From positions 288,001 through 352,000 of the forward strand of contig JAVCBU010000006.1 of assembly GCA_037917685.1 (NCBI GenBank): 64,000 nt of DNA. The letters are read 5' to 3'. The position numbers were made by a program, and so were the translations under genes. The DNA comes from Thermoproteota archaeon. Its GTDB lineage: Archaea > Korarchaeota > Korarchaeia > Korarchaeales > JAOZGB01. Positions 28,196 through 36,991 of this stretch are shown here, piece after piece; the first letter of the stretch is position 1, and the number at the start of each line of letters is the position of its first letter. The notes beneath the pieces are model-generated. The model saw nothing but the letters and a program-made list of their open reading frames with translations. It was not told the origin of the DNA and ran no database searches.

Positions 28196-29560
28196 TTAAG
28201 CTTTCCTTAAATATCTAGGTATAAAGCTTCCCCAGCCCCTATTCCCGACGGACTCTCCATCTTTAACTATAATCCTACCTCTAGATATGGTTGTCTTAAC
28301 CCTACCCTTAATATGTAGTCCCTCAAAGGGTGTCCAGTCTGACTTATGATGTAACAGGTCGGCTTTAATGGTCCATTCCTCTTTTGGGTCGAACAGGACG
28401 ATGTCAGCATCCGAACCTGGCGCTATAACCCCCTTCTTAGGGTAAAGGCCGAATCTTCTCGCAGGATTTAAGGCGAGCACTTCCACAAGCCTGTTCAAAT
28501 CTATGATGCCTCTGGAAACTCCGAAACCATAGACAAGTGGGACCAGAGTCTCTACACCTGGTAAGCCTGAAGGAATATTCCATATATCCTTCCATCCTTC
28601 CTCCCTTTGATGTTTAAAGGTGGGGTAGTGATCTGTAGCCACCATGTCTATCGTTCCATCCTTAAGTCCCTTCCACAACGCTTCTACATCTCTGCTCCCT
28701 CTTAGTGGAGGGTTAACCTTTGCATATGGGCCAAGCCTCTCCACATCTTTTATGGTTAAGACAAGGTATTGTGGGCAAGTCTCTACTGTAACGTTAAATC
28801 CTTTGTTCTTTCCGTATCTTATAGCCTCAACACCGCCAGCGGTGGTCAGGTGGGCCACGTGAAGCGCTGTCCTAGTGAACCCGGCAAGAACTATAACCCT
28901 CCATACAGCCTCAACCTCCGCAACCCATGGCCTGAAGCCATGATGTGCAACAGGATCTTTCCTACCGTCCCTTACAGCCACTTCAACATACCTAGATATT
29001 ATACTGTCATTCTCCGCATGAACTACTACAACCGCTTTATTCTTAGTCTTCTCCATCAATTTTAGGATTGTATAGTCCTCCGCTTTAAAGGGAGGAGCTG
29101 TAAAAGTCTTGAAAGATGATACTCCAAGGTTAACAAGCTCATCAATGTCCTTAAGATCCTCAGGTTCTTCTATCATCCCTGCGTGCAAGGAAAAGTCTAT
29201 ATAGGACAGCCTTTCTCCGGCTTTTATCTTCTCCTTTACAGAACTAACCGTTACAACAGGTGTTGTTGTGGGCATTTCAATAATAGTAGTTACACCCCCA
29301 TGGGCCGCCGCTAGGGTTCCAGTATCAAAACTGTCTCTATCACCCAAGTCTTCAGGATCATAAATGTGTACGTGGACATCTATAAAACCAGGAAGGAGAA
29401 GCATACCATTAGCCTTTATTTCAATATCTCCCTTTGGAAGGCGATTGTCACTTCCAATCTGGACTATTTTACCATTTGATACAGATACCCCTCCCTCGAC
29501 AAGAATGCCGTTATAAAAGACCTTCGCTCCTCTAATGGTTAGTTCAACAAGTTCTCCCAC
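28196..29560 (-). CDS. Cyclic amidohydrolase (allantoinase/hydantoinase/dihydroorotase family)
   Basis: PGFIDVHVH, GT.AAA.GG.TT..EMP, SFKTF (carbamylated Lys), HAEN, AH.TT, ETCPQYL, NPPLR, ATDH, G.PG.ET, G.DAD.V. Confidence 0.85.
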   Translation of the reverse strand: MGELVELTIRGAKVFYNGILVEGGVSVSNGKIVQIGSDNRLPKGDIEIKANGMLLLPGFIDVHVHIYDPEDLGDRDSFDTGTLAAAHGGVTTIIEMPTTTPVVTVSSVKEKIKAGERLSYIDFSLHAGMIEEPEDLKDIDELVNLGVSSFKTFTAPPFKAEDYTILKLMEKTKNKAVVVVHAENDSIISRYVEVAVRDGRKDPVAHHGFRPWVAEVEAVWRVIVLAGFTRTALHVAHLTTAGGVEAIRYGKNKGFNVTVETCPQYLVLTIKDVERLGPYAKVNPPLRGSRDVEALWKGLKDGTIDMVATDHYPTFKHQREEGWKDIWNIPSGLPGVETLVPLVYGFGVSRGIIDLNRLVEVLALNPARRFGLYPKKGVIAPGSDADIVLFDPKEEWTIKADLLHHKSDWTPFEGLHIKGRVKTTISRGRIIVKDGESVGNRGWGSFIPRYLRKA

Positions 29561-29665
29561 ATGAGATGTTCACCTCCGCTAACGTATAAACTTTCTATTT
29601 TGTATTCGCAGGTGATGTCATGCTGAATAAGACATGTTTAAATGGTTGCAGGAGCATGTAATTTG

Positions 29666-29730
29666 GGGGATGAGGAGGGCGAACATCGAAACGAGATTTA
29701 TCGATGAGGTACCCAGTTCACCCTGACCCC
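29666..29730 (+). ncRNA. Candidate box C/D guide sRNA targeting the 23S rRNA peptidyl-transferase region
   Basis: GGGG..CCCC terminal stem, box C-like ATGAGGA, C'-like ATGAGGT, box D CTGA; guides GGGCGAACA and ACCCAGTTCAC are complementary to conserved 23S sequences UGUUCGCCC and GUGAGCUGGGU. Confidence 0.7.
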
Positions 29731-29747
29731 TTTGATGCCATAGAAAC

Positions 29748-30443
29748 CTACAGCCTTGTTAACGTTATCTTTTGGGATGCCGGTAGTGAAACATTGTAGA
29801 GTTTAACGCCCCCCATATTGTACTCTATAATTTTCGCATAATGAAGGTGGGCGTAGAAGACGATGCTAGGCTTTTTCTCTATGATAACTTTCTCGAATCC
29901 TGGATGGCCCAGCCATGGATACGCGCTCTTCTTCTCTCCTATCATAACCTTGAAGCTTGGAGCATAATGCATTAGTAGGATGACCCTGTCAGCGTGCTTC
30001 CAAGATTCTTCTATAATCTTAGAAATGTTTTCTACTCTTTTCCTGTATCTTTCAGCTATTCCGGGAATATGCTTTGCCTGCCAGCCTGTAGGCCGGTATA
30101 GACTTCCCTGGGTTCCACATATGCCCACTACTCTCTGGTCTATGTGGATATACTCAACCTCATCGTCTAGGAATCTAACCCTAGCCCCATATATTTTTCT
30201 TAAGCTTTCACGCTTATTTTCAAACTCCTCATTACCAAAACATGCAAAAATCTTTACATCGTTGCCAATATGTTCATCTATGGCCTTCAATACCGTTGCA
30301 TACTCTAATATCAAGCCTCGATAAATCATGTCACCTGCAAGGAGCATGATATCAGGCTTACGGGTTATATTAGATAGTGCCTGTCTGAATAGACCTAGAT
30401 ATCTTGGGGAATGAACATCGCCGACAGCTGCTATTAACATCAC
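29748..30443 (-). CDS. Calcineurin-like metallophosphoesterase
   Basis: GDVH, LAGD, GNEE, HYAP, AHLH motifs. Confidence 0.85.
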   Translation of the reverse strand: MMLIAAVGDVHSPRYLGLFRQALSNITRKPDIMLLAGDMIYRGLILEYATVLKAIDEHIGNDVKIFACFGNEEFENKRESLRKIYGARVRFLDDEVEYIHIDQRVVGICGTQGSLYRPTGWQAKHIPGIAERYRKRVENISKIIEESWKHADRVILLMHYAPSFKVMIGEKKSAYPWLGHPGFEKVIIEKKPSIVFYAHLHYAKIIEYNMGGVKLYNVSLPASQKITLTRL

Positions 30444-30516
30444 TAATCTAATCTTTGTATCTTTTATTATCTTTCAGCCTACCTTATTATAAAAGCCATA
30501 CTGGTAGTATGACCTG

Positions 30517-31641
30517 ATGGATGAAGCACCCAATTCATGTAGGTTCATTCTTGAAACACAAAAGCCAAGCATGATTGAAAAATTAAGATCGATTTTCAAG
30601 ACCGGAATAGCTAGGGAATACAACCCGTCATGGGTTCTTGAAGAGGCTGATGAAAACAGAATTGCAGTAACATCAGATGCAGACCTTTTCAAACCCGAAT
30701 ATGGTGTTCAAAGGATGATAAATGAAATCCTAAGAAGGATAGCGCCTGTAGGCGGCGCTAGGCTTGTAGACGTCATACTTCCAAGGGAGATTTTATCATC
30801 TTTTAATGGTCCTCATCACGGGGTAGATGGTATCTCAAAAATCCTAGGGTATACCGGCCCGCCTATTGCTGTTCAAATATCTGACTGGAAGGGTTCCATA
30901 CCATCCCGTATCCTAAAATTGTTCTATGAAATCGCTAGTCAGGGGGTTGATATAGGTATAGATTGTACAATGGATCCAGGTAAGTTTCAGGCTATGGCTG
31001 AGATGTCAATAGACTACATTAACAGGGTTAGGTCTGAAACTGGGAGGAAAGTACTCTTCGCAGTGAATCTACCTTCCAACCCGACTAAAATGGTTGAGTG
31101 TGCGGAGGAAGCCGCTGGAATCGGTGCTACAGCAGTTAAAGTATCTGGTGGGCTTGAGATCCTAGACGTCTTAATCCAGATTTCGAACCTCAAAGTTGAA
31201 ATACCAATCTTAGCCGATTTTTCAGGCTATTCTTACATCTATAAGGCAGTGGCACCTAGCGTCATCGTTAAACTAGCGCGGCTTTCAGGTGCTGACATCA
31301 TATTCCTAGAAAGGAATACTGTAGAGACGGTGGGCGAGCAAGACTATAAGTTATGTTTTAAAACCGTGCAAGTTGAAAACGGGTTTAAGAAGTCTTACCT
31401 TGTCTTAGACGGCCCCATGAATCCGAGCATGGTTGAGTACTTGCTCAAAACATATAGAAGATATATAGTTCTCTCCACCTCAGAAGCTGTATTTAACCAC
31501 CCCGACGGGTATAGCAGCGGGGCTAAAGCATTGAGGCAAGCCGTAGATGCTGTCCTGAGAGGTGAGAGCGTCTTTGAGGCTGCCGAGGCTCACGATGAGC
31601 TTAGACGTGCTATAGAAGCGTGGGAGCATAGAAGCTTATAA
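30517..31641 (+). CDS. RuBisCO large-subunit-fold protein lacking catalytic residues
   Basis: RL.D..LP......F.GP..G..G...LG, ETG.K...VN, KLARL.GAD, HPDG...GA.A.RQA.DA...G....A..H.EL..A.E.W scaffold motifs; the GxDxxKDDE motif reads GVDIGIDCT. Confidence 0.8.
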   Translation: MDEAPNSCRFILETQKPSMIEKLRSIFKTGIAREYNPSWVLEEADENRIAVTSDADLFKPEYGVQRMINEILRRIAPVGGARLVDVILPREILSSFNGPHHGVDGISKILGYTGPPIAVQISDWKGSIPSRILKLFYEIASQGVDIGIDCTMDPGKFQAMAEMSIDYINRVRSETGRKVLFAVNLPSNPTKMVECAEEAAGIGATAVKVSGGLEILDVLIQISNLKVEIPILADFSGYSYIYKAVAPSVIVKLARLSGADIIFLERNTVETVGEQDYKLCFKTVQVENGFKKSYLVLDGPMNPSMVEYLLKTYRRYIVLSTSEAVFNHPDGYSSGAKALRQAVDAVLRGESVFEAAEAHDELRRAIEAWEHRSL

Positions 31642-32595
31642 TAATTCTTTGCTTAGGCTTGTGAACCATCCAAACTCTCTTCTTAACACTAATATTGCAG
31701 CTTGTGGAGGGATTATCCCCTTCTCAGTTACAATTATATCCACATACTCTGAAGGGGTAATGTCGAACGCGGGATTCAAGACGGATACACCGTACTTTTT
31801 CATGTATTCTTTATCAACAACTTCCGTTTCAGGTCTAAGCTCTATCCTTATCAGCCTTCCAATGAGAGTTTCAGGCGAAAACTTGTAAGTTTCAGCAGCC
31901 ACCATCACTCTAACCCTAGCCTCGTAGGCTGCGAGAGCTATCTGAGATGTGCCGATCTTATTTACAACCGCGCCGTTCGCTGCGATGGCATCTGATCCGA
32001 CCACAACCTTATCTACCTTGTCCATGACGAACCTTGCTGCTGAGTCAACTATAAGGGTTACCGGAATGCCGTTCTCAGCAAGTATCCTAGATGTTATCCT
32101 CCCCTGAAATTTCGGCCTAGTCTCCGTAGAGAACACCTTAAAACTTTTACCTTCTTTATGCGCATGTAAGAGAATACTTAGGGCGGCCGTGCTATGGCAG
32201 TGGGTTAGAATTACATCCCCGTCTAAGATCCTTTTACTTCCAATCTCACCTATCCTCTCAACAGCAGCCAGCGAATTCTTTATGAACTCCTCCCCGCTCA
32301 TAATGACTATTTCTCTCAAGTCGTCGACAGAATTTCCTTCGACATATCCCCTATAGGCCCTTATAAGCACGTACCTAAGAGCATTTGGTAGAGAAACAGC
32401 TGTGGGACGAGTTGAATTCACAAACCTCGCTGTTTCTAAAAGTTCATGCCAGAATTCATCGCTGGTTCTAGCCTTTGACTCCCTAGCCACTATAACTAAG
32501 CATTCAGCCGCAGCCCTAGCGATTTTTCCAGCTCCCCTAATAGTCATATCTCTAATCTTTTCAGCTATATCTACAACTTTCGGGTTAAACTTCAC
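31636..32595 (-). CDS. Ribose-1,5-bisphosphate isomerase (eIF-2B-like)
   Basis: [28 protein letters not shown] (catalytic Cys), TETRP..QG, VG.DAI.ANG.V.NKIGT, AE.YKF, NPAFD.TP. Confidence 0.88.
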   Translation of the reverse strand: MKFNPKVVDIAEKIRDMTIRGAGKIARAAAECLVIVARESKARTSDEFWHELLETARFVNSTRPTAVSLPNALRYVLIRAYRGYVEGNSVDDLREIVIMSGEEFIKNSLAAVERIGEIGSKRILDGDVILTHCHSTAALSILLHAHKEGKSFKVFSTETRPKFQGRITSRILAENGIPVTLIVDSAARFVMDKVDKVVVGSDAIAANGAVVNKIGTSQIALAAYEARVRVMVAAETYKFSPETLIGRLIRIELRPETEVVDKEYMKKYGVSVLNPAFDITPSEYVDIIVTEKGIIPPQAAILVLRREFGWFTSLSKELL

Positions 32596-32649
32596 AAAAG
32601 TCTAACGGCATGTCAACCTTATTATTTTTCCCAGCCATATGTTAACTCA

Positions 32650-32937
32650 ATGGTTGAAGAATTCCTATGTATGAACGCGCTGAAATACTGCGCCGAAGCG
32701 AGAAAGCTCCAGCAGGAGGGAAAATATAAGCTTGCTGGTGAACTATGCATTAGAATCTCACAGCTGTGTAGGAAGAGGGGAGAAAACGCCAACATGGAGG
32801 AGTGCATTCGAGAATCCAAACTATGCAGGAAGGCAGGTGAATTATTTATATCATCCGAAAATATCTCTGAAGCCCAGAAAATATGTCAGAAATCAGTAAA
32901 ACTCTGTCCAAGAAGCAAGATTGGAATGTCAGGATAA
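32650..32937 (+). CDS. Small helical Cys-rich protein (4 x C-x6-C)
   Basis: CMNALKYC, CIRISQLC, CIRESKLC, CQKSVKLC in 95 aa; fits between neighbouring genes. Confidence 0.6.
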   Translation: MVEEFLCMNALKYCAEARKLQQEGKYKLAGELCIRISQLCRKRGENANMEECIRESKLCRKAGELFISSENISEAQKICQKSVKLCPRSKIGMSG

Positions 32938-33810
32938 AACCCTTACAGATTCCCAAAACCTTGAGGTAAACGTAGCAACCCCCTCTCCCGGAGGATATAT
33001 CACCAACAAGGCAAACGCTCTACCAATCGTGAAGTCTTTCCAAAAGTAAACCCTACACTCACCCCTTCTCTTTCTAAGCAACGCATCCCTCACATAATAT
33101 TTCAAACCTCTGGACACAACATGAAACCCTCTAATATTCTTCTCCTCAGTCCATTCCTCAATAAATTTCCTCCCAACCATCTTTTCAGCTTCCCTAACCT
33201 TACGTTCCACGTCTTTAATCTTAATTTTCTCTGGGAAATGCCATCGGTAAAGTATAAAAAACTTTCTCCCACCCTTAAGTAGAGCTTTAGACTCTCCAAC
33301 CCGCAATTCTAGCTTAGAGACAACAAATCCCTTCGGTGTCTTAAACTCTAGGTTTAAAAGAGTCCAATATTCGTATTCTCCCCTCCAGTGGCACCTAAAC
33401 TTTTGTAGAATGTTGTTTAACGTCTCCTCAGCATCTTTAGGGCTCTGACTCCTATAGTAAACTAGAAAGTTAAGCCCTGATACATCGCAGTGCCAAATGC
33501 CACCCATGCCTTGAGCATCCTCCTCCTGAATCCTAAACTTCCCACACTTATGCCCCCTAATAGATGTAAAACCAGTCTTATATACATTAACAGTTTTCAA
33601 CTTTTTGGCCATAGCTTCGATGGAACGGTCGACATCAACAGTCCTACCAGGCTCCCATTTAACAATGAACCTCTCTCCAAACTCAATATCGCTTAGGGCT
33701 ACAATACCGCCACCCCGGCTAAAACCAAAACTTGAAATCTCCCAGTCCCTGCCCACCTCAACCTTAAAAACCCCCATCCCAAAGGGCTTACTCAAAAACC
33801 CCATACCCAT
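32929..33810 (-). CDS. Hypothetical protein
   Basis: 293-aa ORF filling the gap; WHC...CH...W pattern; no family recognised with confidence. Confidence 0.7.
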   Translation of the reverse strand: MGMGFLSKPFGMGVFKVEVGRDWEISSFGFSRGGGIVALSDIEFGERFIVKWEPGRTVDVDRSIEAMAKKLKTVNVYKTGFTSIRGHKCGKFRIQEEDAQGMGGIWHCDVSGLNFLVYYRSQSPKDAEETLNNILQKFRCHWRGEYEYWTLLNLEFKTPKGFVVSKLELRVGESKALLKGGRKFFILYRWHFPEKIKIKDVERKVREAEKMVGRKFIEEWTEEKNIRGFHVVSRGLKYYVRDALLRKRRGECRVYFWKDFTIGRAFALLVIYPPGEGVATFTSRFWESVRVLS

Positions 33811-33861
33811 TCTTATCCCCTATGAAACTTTATAAGCTCATTATGAGTAGCTATTCACAGA

Positions 33862-34485
33862 ATGACAGTGAATATTGCCGAACTGGAGAAACAGATAGAC
33901 ATGGATCTAACCCTAGGTAAAATCACCGAGGAAGAGTGGAAAAGGAAGATGGGTATAATTAAAAGCATTAAAAAACTTGATGAAGATTTAATCTACGGCA
34001 GGATAACAGAAGCCGAATATAAAAACAAGCGTGAAGCGCTAATTTCTCAACTCCAGCCACCCACGGCTGCCCCTACATACCAGCCTAAGCCTGAGACACC
34101 CCCTCCACCCCCGCTCTATACTAATATACAGAAAATCGTGTCAGAGCTTGAAATAGTGAAATCCAAGAGGAGAAAACTCTCTGATCTCCTCTTAAATAAG
34201 GAAATAAGCGAAAAAACCTTCAACAAGATAGATAACGAGCTGGAATCTGAGGAGAAGAAACTGGAGGAAAAACTGAAAAGTCTAAAATCTGAGATTGAAG
34301 AAAGAATAGAAAAGCTCTCATCCGAGCTGGAAGAACTAAAATTGCAGCTCGAAGAGGCACTAGCAAGGTGGAGAATAGGAGATATCACTGAGGATGAGTA
34401 TAACAGGAAGAAGTCGGAGCTGGAAGCAAGAAAAAACACGGTCGAGAACGAGCTGGAAACCTTGAAAAAGGCAGCGATAGACTAG
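33862..34485 (+). CDS. CdvA-like coiled-coil protein with G.I.E.EY helical-hairpin repeats and Pro-rich linker
   Basis: RRKL..L...KEISEK.F...(heptads)...GDITEDEY...K.EL resembles the CdvA coiled coil; N-terminal GKITEEEW and GRITEAEY; TPPPPP linker. Confidence 0.6.
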   Translation: MTVNIAELEKQIDMDLTLGKITEEEWKRKMGIIKSIKKLDEDLIYGRITEAEYKNKREALISQLQPPTAAPTYQPKPETPPPPPLYTNIQKIVSELEIVKSKRRKLSDLLLNKEISEKTFNKIDNELESEEKKLEEKLKSLKSEIEERIEKLSSELEELKLQLEEALARWRIGDITEDEYNRKKSELEARKNTVENELETLKKAAID

Positions 34486-34569
34486 CTCCCCCAGCCCCTT
34501 TATGTGCAAAATCCAAAACTCGACAGTACAAGGTAAATTTAAAAGACAGACAAGGTACAACATATCCAG

Positions 34570-36327
34570 ATGCCCAGTTTAGCAAAGCCTAAACAAAATA
34601 TCTATACAATAGGATACAGGTTCTTCAAACCTCTTGGAGAGCTGATAATGAAGCTCTACAAGGACCTACCAACAGATCTCGGCAAAGCAGATATGAGAGT
34701 ATACCCCCTAGCTTATGCATCAGCCGTCGCAATGCTAACCATAACCATGGCGGTCCTAATGGTTAGCATAAACCTAGTCCTCTACGCGGCTTTCAAAATA
34801 GTCTACCCCCTTATGATAGTCCTATGTATAATAATCCCAGTAATAACCTTCGCATTAGGATTGCTAGCCCCCGTCGTCTGGAAGTACAATAGGATAAAAT
34901 CTCTCGAGAATGAGACACCCTTCGCAGCAGCCTACATCTCTGTCATGTCCACAGGCGGGATAACACCCTTTAGAAGCATGAAAAGACTGAGCCAAGCCAA
35001 ACTACTGCCAAACCTGGCCAGAGTATCCAAGTACATAGTCTTCGATGTTTCATTGTTTGGAATAGACCCACTCTCAGCCATGGACAGAGCAGCCGAGAAT
35101 GTGCCGGCAAAAAGCTATTCCGAGCTAATAAAAGGATACGTTTCAACGGTTAGAACAGGAGGAGACTTCGTCCACTACCTGCTTCGGAAGACCGAGCTAA
35201 TGTTCAACGAGCGAATAGGACAACTAAGAATAATAGGGGAAAAGCTGGGTATGATGATGGAAGGATACATAGCGGTAACAGTACTCTTAGGCCTAGGGAT
35301 CTATGCCATATACATAACCAATGTAGCAATGCCAGTCCCTATGCCAATGTTCGGACAGGCGAGCTTCTTCCTGTTTACTTACATACTAACACCAATGATC
35401 TCGATTTTATTCTTATACCTTGGAGACATGATGCAACCATCCTATCCTGAAACTAACTGGAAAGTTTACAAGATATGGCTGGCGGGCCTAATACCTGGAA
35501 TAGTGGTAATCCTGTTATCAGCCATATTTCCAACCTTCCCGGTAAGAACCGCTGTAGAAAAACTTGTAATAGACATCCTAGGCTTAGGGCCTGGCACGGT
35601 TCTCCCAACTATCGTAGGATTATTGCTCATAATCTCAAGCATCCCGGGAGCCTGGGTAAGCATAAGATACGATAAAAGAAAGAGAGAAACGGAGAGAAAC
35701 CTGGCATTTTTCCTACGGGACCTCGTGGAGATAAGAAAGGCGGGATTACCACCTGAGAAGTGCATAGCAAACCTCAAAAATAGAGACTACGGTATCCTAT
35801 CACCACTGATAAAAAGGCTTTCAGCACAAATAGAATGGGGCATACCAATCCACAAAATTCTCCGTGATTTCAACAATTCAGTAAACAGCTGGCTTGCCAA
35901 AATGATGATGTTCCTCCTAGTAGACGCGATAGACATCGGTGGCGGAACCCCCCGCACGATGGAAGCAATGGCAAGCTACACCGAAATGATGAACGAAGTA
36001 GAAAATCAGAAGAGAGAACAGTTGAGACCACTCCTAATAGTACCATACATAGGAGCCCTAGTACTTGTAGTCTCAACGGTGATACTCCTAGGATTCATGA
36101 GAGGGGTTCTAGCCCTAGCAAGAATGGGAATAGCCTACGAATCTTTCCTTCAAATGTTCACAACACCCCTAGTGATAAACGTATACCTAATGGGCCTAGT
36201 ATCAGGAAAAGTAGGCGAAGAAAAAGTGTCAGCAGGAATAAAACACGCACTCCTACTAACCCTAATCTCAGTAGTAGCCCTGTGGATAACACCCTCAATA
36301 AGCATCACATTCGCACCAGTAGGATAA
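34570..36327 (+). CDS. Type IV pilus platform protein PilC/TadC (duplicated T2SS-F domains)
   Basis: E.P.A..Y..VMS.GG, G.DPL.A, G..ST..TGG, FLRD..E..K.G..P, I.WG.P, I..GG; about 9 TM helices. Confidence 0.88.
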   Translation: MPSLAKPKQNIYTIGYRFFKPLGELIMKLYKDLPTDLGKADMRVYPLAYASAVAMLTITMAVLMVSINLVLYAAFKIVYPLMIVLCIIIPVITFALGLLAPVVWKYNRIKSLENETPFAAAYISVMSTGGITPFRSMKRLSQAKLLPNLARVSKYIVFDVSLFGIDPLSAMDRAAENVPAKSYSELIKGYVSTVRTGGDFVHYLLRKTELMFNERIGQLRIIGEKLGMMMEGYIAVTVLLGLGIYAIYITNVAMPVPMPMFGQASFFLFTYILTPMISILFLYLGDMMQPSYPETNWKVYKIWLAGLIPGIVVILLSAIFPTFPVRTAVEKLVIDILGLGPGTVLPTIVGLLLIISSIPGAWVSIRYDKRKRETERNLAFFLRDLVEIRKAGLPPEKCIANLKNRDYGILSPLIKRLSAQIEWGIPIHKILRDFNNSVNSWLAKMMMFLLVDAIDIGGGTPRTMEAMASYTEMMNEVENQKREQLRPLLIVPYIGALVLVVSTVILLGFMRGVLALARMGIAYESFLQMFTTPLVINVYLMGLVSGKVGEEKVSAGIKHALLLTLISVVALWITPSISITFAPVG

Positions 36328-36384
36328 CCAGACACACCCAAGCCTCAAAACCGAGAGCTTAAAAATCACATCAAGCCATTGAGC

Positions 36385-36984
36385 TTATAGAACTCTAAGT
36401 TTACTCTTAAGCCTAAGAGACAAAACAATAACCACAAACCCAACAATAACCAGTCCCGGAAGAATAAAACTAGTGATCAGGCTAGGCGGAGACCATCCTC
36501 CGGTAAAAGACAGTAATACAAGAGTATTAACGCCTGTCGAAAACATAAAGGTACCAAGGAACAACAACCAATTCGAACGCCGAACCATCTTTCGCTTATA
36601 ATTGGGATCAACCCTAAACTGCAAATAAGCCTTCCTCACAACTTCCTCAGGAACTCTAAGCCCTTCAAAACTCTTCAAAGCTTTCCTTGCAAACTCAACA
36701 GCCCCCCTGGCCTCCTCCATACTAGGCAAATACAAACTATGCAGACAATAATTCCTAAGCCTCCTATAATGATGTAACTCATCCCAAAAAGGAATCCTAA
36801 CCCCATGATCCCTCCCAAAAAACATCATATCAATTAAACCAGCCCTGTGAAGCTCCGGAATCCCGAAAGCCTCCCTAAGACCAATCTCTAAAGCCTTAAC
36901 TGACAAAATAACCGCAGCATCAAAAAGACCTGCCTTTAAAGCCTTATCAGCACGGTCCAAAAGCTCCCAACACCCACCGGGCAT
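36385..36984 (-). CDS. HEPN/DUF4145-like domain protein with two C-terminal TM helices
   Basis: A..AL..G.F.AA...S..ALE..L...; RRLRNYCLH (R-x4-H); hydrophobic C-terminus. Confidence 0.6.
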   Translation of the reverse strand: MPGGCWELLDRADKALKAGLFDAAVILSVKALEIGLREAFGIPELHRAGLIDMMFFGRDHGVRIPFWDELHHYRRLRNYCLHSLYLPSMEEARGAVEFARKALKSFEGLRVPEEVVRKAYLQFRVDPNYKRKMVRRSNWLLFLGTFMFSTGVNTLVLLSFTGGWSPPSLITSFILPGLVIVGFVVIVLSLRLKSKLRVL

Positions 36985-36991
36985 ACAAACC

